DNA from: Candidatus Fermentibacterota bacterium
GTDB taxonomy: Bacteria; Fermentibacterota; Fermentibacteria; Fermentibacterales; JCC-6
Direction: 5' to 3'
Length of the DNA stretch: 64,000 nucleotides
Assembly (NCBI GenBank): GCA_014728175.1
Contig: WJMA01000003.1
Coordinates: 66,191-130,190, forward strand
In this document: positions 1 to 9,422 of the stretch, piece by piece
How positions within the stretch are numbered: the stretch's first letter is position 1
How the letters are laid out: each line of letters begins with the position of its first letter
The notes under the pieces: model-generated
Told to the model about the DNA's origin: nothing
Databases searched by the model: none
Seen by the model: only the letters and a program-made list of their open reading frames with translations
Position numbers and translations under genes: made by a program

Positions 1-199
1 GGAGGGGGAAACTCTATGGTCGCAGAGAAGCCGCCCGGACGGCTGGAGTACGAGAGGTCTACCTCGGCCGGGGAAGCAAGAGCTGCGGTTAGGAGGGGAA
101 CAATAAAGAACTGGTACAATGGCCTTCTCCCTGGACAAGAACACTACCGAACCCCCAACGCCCTTGCAAGCCCGCGATCCCGGCGTACGGGAAAAAGTC

Positions 200-229
200 T
201 TGCCTGAGGCGGCCAGGCCCACATATTAG
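200..229 (+). promoter_or_regulatory. candidate sigma70-type promoter (TTGCCT-N17/18-TATTAG) upstream of the FtsX-family permease gene; GGAGGT RBS at 234-239
   Basis: hexamers read directly from sequence; spacing 17-18 nt; ATG at 246. Confidence 0.25.
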
Positions 230-245
230 CGTCTGGAGGTTACAC

Positions 246-1469
246 ATGGGCTCTCTATCGTGGCATCTGGCCTGGCGTAACATAAGAAGGCATCCCCATC
301 GCAGGCGTTTCGCCTTCGCCTCGGTGGTCAGCGTGGCCGGCGTCACGCTGGGGGTCGCCGCGCTGGTGGTGGTGACCAGCGTGTTGGGCGGCCTGGAAGG
401 TTTCATAGAGGAATCGGTCCTCACCGTGGAATCCCCTCTGTCGGTGGTGCCTGAAGGCTCGAGGAGTTTCTCTATTTCCGAGGACGATCTGCGGGCCCTG
501 GACGACGTGGAGGGGGTCTCGGTCGTATCGCCTTACGTGGAGGGCGAGGCGGTAGTCAGGCATCCGGGGATGGACGTGGACGTTGGCTGCAGGGTGAGAG
601 GGGTGGATGCCGCCCGAGAGTTCTCCCTTACGTCTCTTCCCGAAAAACTCAGCTACGGCAACCCGGTGCTCCGCGACCGGAACGGGTTCGGCTGTACCAT
701 CATGGGTTTGTACCTGGCGGAGGAGTTCCGCCACTGCCTCGGTGATACCCTGCTGTTCTTCCCCCCCGCTTCGTTCTTCTCCTCCCGGGGCTTCGTGGTA
801 GGGAGGGCCGTCCTGTCCGGAGCCGTGGAGACCGGTCTTCCCATGAACGACCAGAGCATAGCCTACCTGCCCCTCGAGCTGGCCCGGATGATGTACATGA
901 GTGAGGACGAGTACAGCGGGATTTCCGTATGGCTGGACCCCGGCGCGGACCCCGAGCGGGTGTCGCCGAAGATGCGCCCCCTCCTGCCGGACTGCACCCG
1001 AATAATTACCTGGCAGGAGAGGAACCCCGACCTTACGGCCTCCATGAAGCTGGAGCGGATGGGCTCCTTCCTGGCCATACTCCTTATTACCCTGGTCGCC
1101 ACCTTCAATATAGTGGGAACCGTCTCCAGATCGGTCGTCGAGAGGCGGGCCGACATCTCCATACTAAAGGCCATGGGGGCTACGGGGAGACTGGTTCTGG
1201 AGGTGTTCCTCTGGCAAGGGATTCTGGTGGGGGCCGTAGGGGTGGCGGCCGGCCTGCTCCTGGGTCTTGCCGGATGCTGGGCGCTGCACAACACTGGCCT
1301 GGTGTCCCTTCCCGACGTCTACTCCTTCCATCAGCAGTTACCGGTGGCGGTGGCCGTTCCCAACCTGGTGATCATCTCGCTGGTGGCGATGGCTCTCAGC
1401 GTACTCTCGGCCGCCTTCCCCGCCTTCAAGGCCGCCCGGCTGGATCCGGTCAAGGGATTGCACGGATGA
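246..1469 (+). CDS. FtsX-family ABC transporter permease, LolC/LolE-like (lipoprotein-release type)
   Basis: 407 aa; N-terminal TM helix, large periplasmic loop, C-terminal 3-TM FtsX domain ending ...AARLDPVKGLHG typical of LolC/E/MacB permeases. Confidence 0.75.
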   Translation: MGSLSWHLAWRNIRRHPHRRRFAFASVVSVAGVTLGVAALVVVTSVLGGLEGFIEESVLTVESPLSVVPEGSRSFSISEDDLRALDDVEGVSVVSPYVEGEAVVRHPGMDVDVGCRVRGVDAAREFSLTSLPEKLSYGNPVLRDRNGFGCTIMGLYLAEEFRHCLGDTLLFFPPASFFSSRGFVVGRAVLSGAVETGLPMNDQSIAYLPLELARMMYMSEDEYSGISVWLDPGADPERVSPKMRPLLPDCTRIITWQERNPDLTASMKLERMGSFLAILLITLVATFNIVGTVSRSVVERRADISILKAMGATGRLVLEVFLWQGILVGAVGVAAGLLLGLAGCWALHNTGLVSLPDVYSFHQQLPVAVAVPNLVIISLVAMALSVLSAAFPAFKAARLDPVKGLHG

Positions 1470-2476
1470 TCCGGGTCATCGTCGTGTTCCTGATCCTGCG
1501 GTTCTCCCCCTCCGACTCCGCCGATGCCCTGATCACACTGGCCGACGTCCCCCAAAGGGCCCTTTCCTTCGCCAGAATGGCGGCCGAGGAGACCGGAGGC
1601 GGGTGCATTGAGCTGGGAAGGTTGCTGGAGGTATCCGGAAGGTTCGAGGAAGCCTCCCGGCAGTATGGCCTGGCCATGGACTCGGCGACCGACCCGGTTC
1701 TAAGAAACTGGCTCGCGGACCGGATGAGGGGCTCAGCCGGCCTGGACACGGTAATGATGCTCGATGCCCAGGTCATGAACCTCAGCAGCCGGACCGCCTA
1801 CGATCTGACCCTGGTAACCCCGTTGCCCGCCTCCCACCCCCCGTACCAGGCCATACAGCTGGTGGGTACTTACTTCGAGCGGGCCGGGCCGATGCTTCGA
1901 TGCAGGATAGATTCCGTACCCGCTGGTGACACTCTCTCCGTTCCCATCCTGATCCACGTGATCCAGCATCCACACACCTACCGCCCCCTGCCGGACACCC
2001 TGGGCGGGCTCACCCTAAAACGGCTGAGCCTGCTGCTGCGGGATCTGGATATTCCCGAGCGGTACGAGGGCACCGGTCCCTGCCTGGAGATGGCCTCCGC
2101 CCTTCGCCGCATGGCCGAAGAGCAGGGTCTGGAGATGGAGGTGGTGGGAGGATTGGTAAGGAGGGGCGACAGCCTGGTCTTTCACGCCTGGAACCTGCTG
2201 ACCGATTCCAGGCCGGGCCTTCCGATAGACCCGCTTCTGTTCAGGAGCGACTCTCTGCGGGGCCTGGGTCACTGTCCCACGGACATGATACCCGTCTGGG
2301 ACCTGCTCTCCACCCAGGGGCACGAGGTCAGCGTGTACTTCCCGGGTCAGCAGGCCGACCTGGAAGTGAGGATGACCGCAAAGTTCCTAACCGGGGAGAC
2401 GCTGGACGAGCTGGGGAAGGGCTATCCGGCCTCGGAGCTTCTGAGGAGAATGTTGCTGCGATCCGGGGGCGGCTAG
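1466..2476 (+). CDS. transglutaminase-like (Cys-His-Asp) domain protein, translationally coupled (ATGA overlap) to the FtsX permease
   Basis: 3' part of ORF 929..2476 in the frame that continues after the permease stop; ATG at 1466; motif GTGPCLEMA...VFHAWNLL resembles the transglutaminase-like catalytic core (C...HAW). Confidence 0.5.
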   Translation: MIRVIVVFLILRFSPSDSADALITLADVPQRALSFARMAAEETGGGCIELGRLLEVSGRFEEASRQYGLAMDSATDPVLRNWLADRMRGSAGLDTVMMLDAQVMNLSSRTAYDLTLVTPLPASHPPYQAIQLVGTYFERAGPMLRCRIDSVPAGDTLSVPILIHVIQHPHTYRPLPDTLGGLTLKRLSLLLRDLDIPERYEGTGPCLEMASALRRMAEEQGLEMEVVGGLVRRGDSLVFHAWNLLTDSRPGLPIDPLLFRSDSLRGLGHCPTDMIPVWDLLSTQGHEVSVYFPGQQADLEVRMTAKFLTGETLDELGKGYPASELLRRMLLRSGGG

Positions 2477-4080
2477 AAGACGGACCTCCAGACTATGCCC
2501 AGGTTCTCACCCAGGCGGTGGCGGTTGAACGCCGACCTCTCCGCCTCCCGGATGGTTTCCAACCTGGCGCAGACCCAGGACGGGGCCGAGCCGTCCTCCA
2601 CGGCTTCCCGGAAGGCGCCCTTCCGGTAGCCGTACCTTTCCCGTATCCGGGCCACGTCATCGGCCAGCTCCAGAAGCCCGTACCGGTGGGCGGGTCTCCC
2701 GGACGGAAGATCTATCCGGGCCAGGATGGGATCGGTGAGCCCGAAGCTCTGGACCACCGCCCGCCGGGGATTTACGTAGGCGTTCACGCACCAGCTCTCG
2801 GTCGAGACCCGTCCGGCGTCCCCGCTCCGGCGGTAGCGGGTCTCCGCCGCACCCCAGGATAGAAAATCCGCCGATTCGAAGGGCGGGGGCGAAAAGCCGG
2901 ACTCGTGCAGCCGGTGAACGGAAGCGTCCTTGATCAACATGAAGGCCTCCTGGCCGGGCTCGGCCCGCAGAAGAAGGGGATGGTGTCTCAGCTGTCGGGG
3001 ATAGTTGGAGCCCTCCCACAGGGCGAAGGCGGCGCACAGGACGTAGATGTAACGGCGGCCTTTCCGAAAGCGCTCGGCCACCGTCTCCAAGAGCCCCCCG
3101 GTGGCCAGAACGACCAGACAGAATGGAAAGGCCAGGAACCGGAAGTGCCGGGGGTCTCCACCTATCTTCACCACGTACAGCAACACTGGGAGAGCGGTCA
3201 GGGCCATCACCCCTCTGGGGACGGCCAGCATGTTTCGGCGACCTCTGCTTCTGCACAGGGCCACCAGCACCACCAGAGCGGCCAGCAGGTAGGGCACGGT
3301 ATGGTAGGCTATGAGGGCGTCGCAGAGGTACCGCAGGCCCTGGGATATCCAGACCTCGTCCTTCAGGTAGAAGGTGTTGGGCAGCAAGGAGGCGTAATAC
3401 CAGACCCGGAACAGCAGGTAGCCGCCGGTTCCCACCAGAAAAGACACCACCATCGGAACGGGCGTCTTCCTTCTGCGGTAGGCGTTGTATGCCAGCACCA
3501 CCAGCATGGGCGGCAGGAGCTCGGGGCGAACCAGGGGCGAGATTCCCACCGCGATCTGCATCCAGGTGCTCGCGGGCCATAGAACCGCCGCCGCGAATAC
3601 CGCCGACCAAAGACCGACCAAAGGGCCCTCCAGGCCGGAGGTGAAGTAGCAGATCACCCCGTAGGTGAACGTCAGGTACACCAGGGGAAGGTTCAGGCCG
3701 AAGCTCTTCCCGGACAGGGCCGGGGTGAGTTTCCGGTTGACCAGGCAGGCCAGCCACCAGAAGGCCGCGAAGCAGAGCATGCCCACCAGCCTGACCACCA
3801 GCCAGTAGTTGAGACGCAGAACTCGCAGCGCCGACAGCAGAAGCGTCCACAGAGGGGAGGAGAACCCCTCCACGTACTCCCCGGGATTCCAGACCAGTCC
3901 GTTTCCGTGTATCAGCAGATTGTCCACGTACCTGAAGTAGACGTAGGCGTCGTCGATCAGCCAGGCCAGCCAGAGGACCATCGCTTCCCCCAGAACCAGG
4001 CACCCCAGCTCCACCAACGAAGGGCTGAACCTCCAGGGAATACGTTCCCGGCGGGCCATCGGCGTCGATTCTTCTTTCAT
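2473..4080 (-). CDS. polytopic integral membrane protein, GT-C-fold glycosyltransferase-like (ArnT/PMT-like) with C-terminal soluble domain; start uncertain (ORF extends to 4251)
   Basis: 10+ predicted TM helices; DDAYVYFRY motif in first loop after TM1 reminiscent of GT-C DD/DE motif; about 110 aa hydrophilic C-terminus. Confidence 0.4.
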   Translation of the reverse strand: MKEESTPMARRERIPWRFSPSLVELGCLVLGEAMVLWLAWLIDDAYVYFRYVDNLLIHGNGLVWNPGEYVEGFSSPLWTLLLSALRVLRLNYWLVVRLVGMLCFAAFWWLACLVNRKLTPALSGKSFGLNLPLVYLTFTYGVICYFTSGLEGPLVGLWSAVFAAAVLWPASTWMQIAVGISPLVRPELLPPMLVVLAYNAYRRRKTPVPMVVSFLVGTGGYLLFRVWYYASLLPNTFYLKDEVWISQGLRYLCDALIAYHTVPYLLAALVVLVALCRSRGRRNMLAVPRGVMALTALPVLLYVVKIGGDPRHFRFLAFPFCLVVLATGGLLETVAERFRKGRRYIYVLCAAFALWEGSNYPRQLRHHPLLLRAEPGQEAFMLIKDASVHRLHESGFSPPPFESADFLSWGAAETRYRRSGDAGRVSTESWCVNAYVNPRRAVVQSFGLTDPILARIDLPSGRPAHRYGLLELADDVARIRERYGYRKGAFREAVEDGSAPSWVCARLETIREAERSAFNRHRLGENLGIVWRSVF

Positions 4081-4222
4081 CCTGAGCCCTCCGATCAGCC
4101 CATGCATCATCCAGCGCCCGGCCTCAGTCAAGAGCGCCCGGGCCGCGGAAGGCCCGGCGCGGGTAGCCTCGACCCAAGCCCATGGTAGGTGTAAACTACC
4201 CTTCGACGGCGACTGAGCGGAC

Positions 4223-6061
4223 ATGGGAAAGGACAGGTTTTCGATGATCAAGTACCTAGCTTTGGTGATCTTGCTTGCGATGATAGCGGCCTGTGGGGAC
4301 GGCCGGGCTCCCCGGGGAGGCGACGTGGACGCGATCGTGGGCAGATATGTGGAGGCCGTAGGGGGCCGAGAAAGGTTGGAATCTCTTCAGGTGGTACATA
4401 CCATCGACAGCCTGGAGATAGCCGGTCTGCGGGGACGAAGCGAGTCCTGGTGGAGCAAGACCCCCTTCAGGGGCCGGAGCGTTGTCGAGCTGGGCCCTGT
4501 AAGGCAGGAGGTGCTGGTTCTCGGTGACAGCGTCTGGTCGGTGGATCACAACGGCCAGCTGTCCTCCGGCGACCCCCAGGCCCGGACCGAGGCCGACCTG
4601 GCCAGGATGACCGTGTTCTACGACGCCTTTCTCCGCCCGGAGGGCATCACCCTCGTGGGGGACACCACCCTGGAGGACGGCCCGGCGGTGGGCCTGAGCC
4701 TGGGCGAAGGAAGCCCGGTGCGCATCTACCTTTCCCGGGAAACTTGGCTGCCCGTACTGCTGACCGCCGAGGTGATGGGAATGGAGATAAGGCAGTATCC
4801 CGAGAACTACAGGGAGATCGACGGAGTGGTGGTGGCCACCTCCACCGTGGACTCCGTGCCGGCCTTGGGGCAGGCCAGCGTATCGAAAAACGTACTTACG
4901 GAGTTCGACGTGCCGGTCCCGGACACCGTGTTCAATCCCATGACCGCGTCCCTGGACTCCGAGCTACTATCCCCCGGAGAGGCCCATCCGTTCGATCTGA
5001 TCGGTCAGCACATATACATGGAGGGAACCGTATGTGGCAGGCCGGTGACTATCCTGCTGGACAGCGGAGCGGGGGCCACGGTGATCGATTCCACGCTGGC
5101 CACCGAGCTGGGTCTGGAAGGGGTGGGCGAGTTCGTCGCCGGGGGAGTGGGCGGAGCCCAAACCTTCTCTTTCGTCGAGGTTCCCCGGTACGGACTGGCT
5201 TCCGCCCGGGTCACCGGCCAGAACGTGGCGGTGATGCCTTTGTCCGAGGCCTTCTATCCGTCGACCGGCAAGCACATACAGATGGTGGTTGGCTACGATT
5301 TCCTCAGCAGGTTCGTCACCCGAATCGACTACGGCTCCCGCCTGATCACCCTCTACGAACCGGAGGAGTTCAACTACGAGGGTGACGGAGTCTCTATTTC
5401 CGCCTCCTGCGAGATGAGCGTGCTGTCCCTGGAAGCGGTTTTGGAGGATACCGTTGCGGTCAAGCTTCTTCTGGATACGGGCGCCGGAGGAAACCTACAC
5501 CTTACCGAGAGGTTCCTGGACGAGCACCCGGCATTCCTGGGTGACAGGCCCTCGTTCCAGACCCAGTTCCAGGGGTTGGGCGGTGAGGAAACCGCGACGG
5601 TCTTCAGGATAGACAGCCTCACCCTGGGCGATTTCACCGTGCCCGGCGGGCTCTGCTCCAGCTTTCAGGGCCCTCCCATGCTGCAGGCTTACGACGGCAT
5701 ACTGGGCACCGGGGTTCTGGCCAGGTTCGCGGTGTGGCTGGACTACGACCGGGAAAGGGTGATCCTGGAAAGATCCTCTCTGTTCGAGGAAGGCCTACCG
5801 GAGGACATGACCGGTCTCAGCCTGCGCATATACGAAGACAGGCTGGTCGTCGACGCCGTCGTAGAGGGCTCGGCTGCCGATGAGGCCGGGGTGATACCCG
5901 GCGACACGCTGGTCTCGATAGAGGGGCTCGCGGTGGACAGCGCTCGCTTCACCGAGCTGAGAGACCTGCTGCCCGAGGAAGAGGGAGAAACCTTCACCTT
6001 GGTGGTCAAAAGGGAGGACCGGGAGCTTCCCCTGACCGTTACGACCAGGAGGCACCTGTAG
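4223..6061 (+). CDS. lipoprotein with two retropepsin-like aspartyl protease domains and a C-terminal PDZ domain
   Basis: signal peptide + lipobox (LAMIAAC); two D-S/T-G-A motifs (LLDSGAGATVID and LLDTGAGGNLHL) each in a retropepsin-like context; C-terminal GLSLRIY...VEGSAADEAGVIPGDTLVSIEG PDZ signature. Confidence 0.6.
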   Translation: MGKDRFSMIKYLALVILLAMIAACGDGRAPRGGDVDAIVGRYVEAVGGRERLESLQVVHTIDSLEIAGLRGRSESWWSKTPFRGRSVVELGPVRQEVLVLGDSVWSVDHNGQLSSGDPQARTEADLARMTVFYDAFLRPEGITLVGDTTLEDGPAVGLSLGEGSPVRIYLSRETWLPVLLTAEVMGMEIRQYPENYREIDGVVVATSTVDSVPALGQASVSKNVLTEFDVPVPDTVFNPMTASLDSELLSPGEAHPFDLIGQHIYMEGTVCGRPVTILLDSGAGATVIDSTLATELGLEGVGEFVAGGVGGAQTFSFVEVPRYGLASARVTGQNVAVMPLSEAFYPSTGKHIQMVVGYDFLSRFVTRIDYGSRLITLYEPEEFNYEGDGVSISASCEMSVLSLEAVLEDTVAVKLLLDTGAGGNLHLTERFLDEHPAFLGDRPSFQTQFQGLGGEETATVFRIDSLTLGDFTVPGGLCSSFQGPPMLQAYDGILGTGVLARFAVWLDYDRERVILERSSLFEEGLPEDMTGLSLRIYEDRLVVDAVVEGSAADEAGVIPGDTLVSIEGLAVDSARFTELRDLLPEEEGETFTLVVKREDRELPLTVTTRRHL

Positions 6062-7043
6062 CCCCGCTCTGTCGGCCCAGGTGCTCGTAACCGGGATCGG
6101 TTACTCTGATCTCCCTGCCTCCGCGGGTAACGTGCAGCTTTCCCGATCCTTCGGAGGCGTGGCCGATCATGGTGAATCCCTCCCCCGCCAGGTCCAGCTC
6201 GGCGGGGGCACCGAACACCAGCACGAAGTCCTCCCCGGCGCCGGCGGCCTCCAGCGGTCTGGGCCGTACCGAGTCGAAGAAGGGAACCAGATCCAGGTCC
6301 ACCCAGGTGTCGATACCGCTCTCCACGGCCAGGTGCTCGGCTTCGCTCAGCACTCCGTCGGACACGTCTATCGCGCACCGGATACCCATGTGACGTAAAA
6401 GCTTTCCCTCCCGCAGGTGCGCCCGGGGCCTGAGAAAGGCCCTGACCTGCTCCAGCTCCACGGAGGTCAACGCCTCGTACCTGGGGGACAGCTCGTCGCC
6501 GAAAAGCCCCCCTGCGGACTCTATCAGCCCGGGAGCGCCCAGGGCCCTGCCCACCCGCCCGGTCACCCACAGCCGGTCGCCCTCCGACAGACCGGACCTC
6601 CTGAGCAAGGGGTTCTCGTTCTCGCCCTCGCCCTCCGCGATCACCGTAAGGGTTACCCCAAGCCGGTCGCCGGATACGGTCTCTCCTCCGGCCAGCACCG
6701 GCTCCGACCTGTGCTGAAAGCCTCGATAAAGATCCTCCAGCCAGCCGACCCGGGTCTGGGAGGGCAGTATGAGCGAAACCAGGGACCACCGCGGCTCGGC
6801 TCCCATGGCGGCCACGTCGGAAAGAGTCGCCTCCACCAACCTTCGCCCCAGCATACGGGGACTCGTCCACCAGAGGAAAAAATGGGATCCTTCCAGGAAG
6901 CTGTCGGTGGTCACTACCGGCCGGCGAAGCTCCGCGGGCAGCTCGGCGGCGTCGTCTCCGGCCAGGGATAGCCGAGGGAAGGTCTTCCTAAGCCTTCTCA
7001 GAAGGGCCCGCTCGCCCATATCGGAGACGGTCAGGTCTTCCAT
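6039..7043 (-). CDS. thiL: thiamine-monophosphate kinase
   Basis: 334 aa; AIR synthase-related fold motifs (GDDAA, TTDSFLEGSHF) typical of ThiL. Confidence 0.8.
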   Translation of the reverse strand: MEDLTVSDMGERALLRRLRKTFPRLSLAGDDAAELPAELRRPVVTTDSFLEGSHFFLWWTSPRMLGRRLVEATLSDVAAMGAEPRWSLVSLILPSQTRVGWLEDLYRGFQHRSEPVLAGGETVSGDRLGVTLTVIAEGEGENENPLLRRSGLSEGDRLWVTGRVGRALGAPGLIESAGGLFGDELSPRYEALTSVELEQVRAFLRPRAHLREGKLLRHMGIRCAIDVSDGVLSEAEHLAVESGIDTWVDLDLVPFFDSVRPRPLEAAGAGEDFVLVFGAPAELDLAGEGFTMIGHASEGSGKLHVTRGGREIRVTDPGYEHLGRQSGATGASWS

Positions 7044-7045
7044 TG

Positions 7046-7906
7046 CTATCGTCTTACGACGACCTCCAGCTCTTTCATCCTCTCCGGATCCCGGGCCTCG
7101 GGGGAGGTTATGAAGCAGTTTTGGACCCCCTCCCGACAGGAGCAGTTCCGCCGGTCCTCGGCCCCCAGCTTTTTCACCGCCGACCGAAGGGTCCTCTTCG
7201 CCAGCTCGACGTTGTGCATGAGGTTCTCAACGATCTTCTCGACGCTGACCTCCTCCTCGGTGGAATGCCAGACATCGTAGTCGGTGGTCATGGCCAGCAG
7301 CCCGTAGCAGATGCCGGCCTCCCTGGCCAGCTTGGCCTCCGGCACGGCCGTCATCCCTATGACATCCATTCCCATCCTCCTGTATTGCTCGCTCTCCGCC
7401 CTGGTGGAGAACATCGGCCCTTCCATACATACGTAGGTACCCTCCGGATGGACGGTCGCTCCCGATTCCCGGGCCGACTCCGCAACCACCCGGCGGACGT
7501 TCCCGCAGAACGGGCAGGCGAATCCAACGTGCGCCACCGCCCCCTTTCCAAAGAACGTCTGCCTTCTCACGCCCTTCGTCCTGTCGAACAGCTGATCGGG
7601 AACCACGAAGTCCCTGGGCCTGATGGGTTCCCGGAGACTACCCACGGCCGAGACCGCCACTACGGTCCTTACGTCGAGCTTCTTCAGGGCGTATATGTTT
7701 GCGGCAAAGGGAACCTCCGAAGGCATGTAGCGATGGCCGGATCCATGACGGGCGAGAAAAGCCAGTGGTACGTCCGCCAGACGGGCCAGGCTGATGGGGC
7801 CGGATGGGCTACCGAAGGGAGTGGAGGGAGAGACCTCTTCTTCCCTCTCCAGACCTTCCATGTCGTACAGCCCCGTCCCTCCTATGATGCCTATTCGTTC
7901 GGTCAT
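7046..7906 (-). CDS. mtnP: S-methyl-5'-thioadenosine phosphorylase (PNP family 2)
   Basis: MTERIGIIGGTGLYDMEGL N-terminus and overall similarity to MTAP/PNP-II. Confidence 0.85.
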   Translation of the reverse strand: MTERIGIIGGTGLYDMEGLEREEEVSPSTPFGSPSGPISLARLADVPLAFLARHGSGHRYMPSEVPFAANIYALKKLDVRTVVAVSAVGSLREPIRPRDFVVPDQLFDRTKGVRRQTFFGKGAVAHVGFACPFCGNVRRVVAESARESGATVHPEGTYVCMEGPMFSTRAESEQYRRMGMDVIGMTAVPEAKLAREAGICYGLLAMTTDYDVWHSTEEEVSVEKIVENLMHNVELAKRTLRSAVKKLGAEDRRNCSCREGVQNCFITSPEARDPERMKELEVVVRR

Positions 7907-7984
7907 GTTCCCCCCAGGGTTGAGATCAAACGCACCAACCCGGTAAATATAGGCAACGACCCGAATACCGAAAGGAAGCCGCGG

Positions 7985-9049
7985 ATGAAGGAAGGCGGCG
8001 GGGGCAAGCCTTTGAGAATAGCCAGCCTGACCAGGGAGCGTCTAAGCGAATGGATGGTGGAGGATCTGGGACTGCGATCGTTCAGGGCCGATCAGCTCTT
8101 CTCGTGGATGCACGGCAGAAGGGTCCGCAACTTCGGGGAGATGACCGATCTGGCCAAGGGGCTTAGGGCCGAGCTGGAGAGCCGATCGATTCTGGTCAAC
8201 TCTCTCCGACCCACCGAAAGCCAATACTCTTCCGACGGTACGACCAAGTACGTACTAGGGCTGCCCGACGGGACGGTGGTGGAGTCCGTTCTCATACCCG
8301 ATCCCCCCAGGCTAACTGCCTGCCTTTCGTCCCAGGTGGGATGCAGGATGGGCTGCAGATTCTGTCAGACCGGGCTTACCGGCTTCGTCAGGGATCTTCT
8401 GGCAGACGAAATCGTGTCCCAGCTGTACAGCATGCAGGAGCTTTCCGGACGAAGGATCACCAACGTGGTCCTGATGGGAATGGGTGAGCCGCTGGACAAC
8501 ATCGAGGCCACCCTGTCCGCACTGTCCATCATCAATGACGATCGGGGTATCTGTATAGGTTGTAGAAAGATAACCGTTTCTACGGTGGGAGTGGTGCCCG
8601 GCATATACCGGCTGGCCGAGAGCGGAAGCCAGTACGGTCTGGCGTTGTCTCTTCACAGCGCCGTGGAGAGCGTCCGCAGAAGCCTGGTTCCCGCCTCCGG
8701 CCGATGGCCGCTCCCGGAGGTCCGCCAGGCCCTCTCGGACTACGCCTCCGTCACCGGTCGCAGGGTCACCCTGGAATACTGCATCCTGAAGGGGGTTAAC
8801 GACGGTGTCGACCAGGCGCAGGCCCTTGCCGAGTTCGCCTCCGGCATTCCGTGCAAGATAAATCTCCTGGCGTACAATCCGGTGCAAGGGTTGGATTACC
8901 GAACGCCCTCGGACTCCGGGGTGGCCCGCTTCGCCCAATACCTCTATCCGAGGTGCCCGGCGGTCACCGTGCGCAGATCGAGGGGCACGGAGGTATCGGC
9001 GGCCTGCGGCCAGTTGGGCACGTCGCTTTCCGGCGGCGGGGGATCGTAG
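7985..9049 (+). CDS. rlmN: 23S rRNA (adenine2503-C2)-methyltransferase, radical SAM
   Basis: ORF 7043..9049 overlaps mtnP antisense at its 5' end; real start ATG 7985; CRMGCRFCQTG radical-SAM cluster and RlmN-like N-terminus. Confidence 0.85.
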   Translation: MKEGGGGKPLRIASLTRERLSEWMVEDLGLRSFRADQLFSWMHGRRVRNFGEMTDLAKGLRAELESRSILVNSLRPTESQYSSDGTTKYVLGLPDGTVVESVLIPDPPRLTACLSSQVGCRMGCRFCQTGLTGFVRDLLADEIVSQLYSMQELSGRRITNVVLMGMGEPLDNIEATLSALSIINDDRGICIGCRKITVSTVGVVPGIYRLAESGSQYGLALSLHSAVESVRRSLVPASGRWPLPEVRQALSDYASVTGRRVTLEYCILKGVNDGVDQAQALAEFASGIPCKINLLAYNPVQGLDYRTPSDSGVARFAQYLYPRCPAVTVRRSRGTEVSAACGQLGTSLSGGGGS

Positions 9050-9050
9050 G

Positions 9051-9422
9051 ATGAGAGGCAAGTCCCCCGTTCCCCGCAGGGCCTCCAGGCTGGCATGGTC
9101 GATCGGCGCCAGCGGAAGTCTTTGCTGGATGGCGCTCCCCATGGGTATCCTGTTGGCCGGGGGAAGATTCCTGGGAGCCCTCTGCTGTCTGGCCATCCTG
9201 GCCGGCGGGTTGTTCTACGTGTATGCGGGCGCTCCCTGGAAGCACCGGGGAACGCCATTCTGGAAGATCTACCTGGGGCTGCTGGGATTCGTGCTCGGAG
9301 GGGGGGGCTTGATAATCGTCCTCTGGTTCGGAGACAGTATGGGCAAGTTGGGTCCGCGGTACGCCCTATGTCTGCTACCGCTGTTTCTACCCGCGTTCCT
9401 GGGCGGCTCCGAGAGCTCCTAG
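9051..9422 (+). CDS. small hypothetical membrane protein (3-4 TM)
   Basis: hydrophobic segments only; no family recognised; start uncertain. Confidence 0.3.
   Translation: MRGKSPVPRRASRLAWSIGASGSLCWMALPMGILLAGGRFLGALCCLAILAGGLFYVYAGAPWKHRGTPFWKIYLGLLGFVLGGGGLIIVLWFGDSMGKLGPRYALCLLPLFLPAFLGGSESS

Noticed and set aside
16-207. 63-aa ORF at the window start
   Set aside because: No family similarity and no convincing RBS. It may be the 3' flank or UTR of an off-window gene.
929-2476. 515-aa ORF spanning the permease gene in another frame
   Set aside because: 5' two-thirds overlap the well-supported FtsX permease out of frame. Only the part after the permease stop (1466..2476) has protein-like sequence (transglutaminase motif). 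The rest is a high-GC shadow ORF.
2657-4003. 448-aa Arg/Gly/Pro-rich ORF
   Set aside because: Lies inside the GT-C-like membrane protein gene on the same strand in a different frame. Composition is typical of spurious high-GC ORFs.
5743-6870. 375-aa ORF rich in R/G/A
   Set aside because: Overlaps thiL (supported by family similarity) in a different frame. Low-complexity composition.
7043-7984. 5' extension of the rlmN ORF (668-aa version)
   Set aside because: Antisense to the clearly recognisable MTAP gene. The RlmN homology only begins near the ATG at 7985.
8312-9258. 294-aa and 104-aa minus-strand ORFs
   Set aside because: Antisense to rlmN. No family similarity. Arg/Pro-rich.
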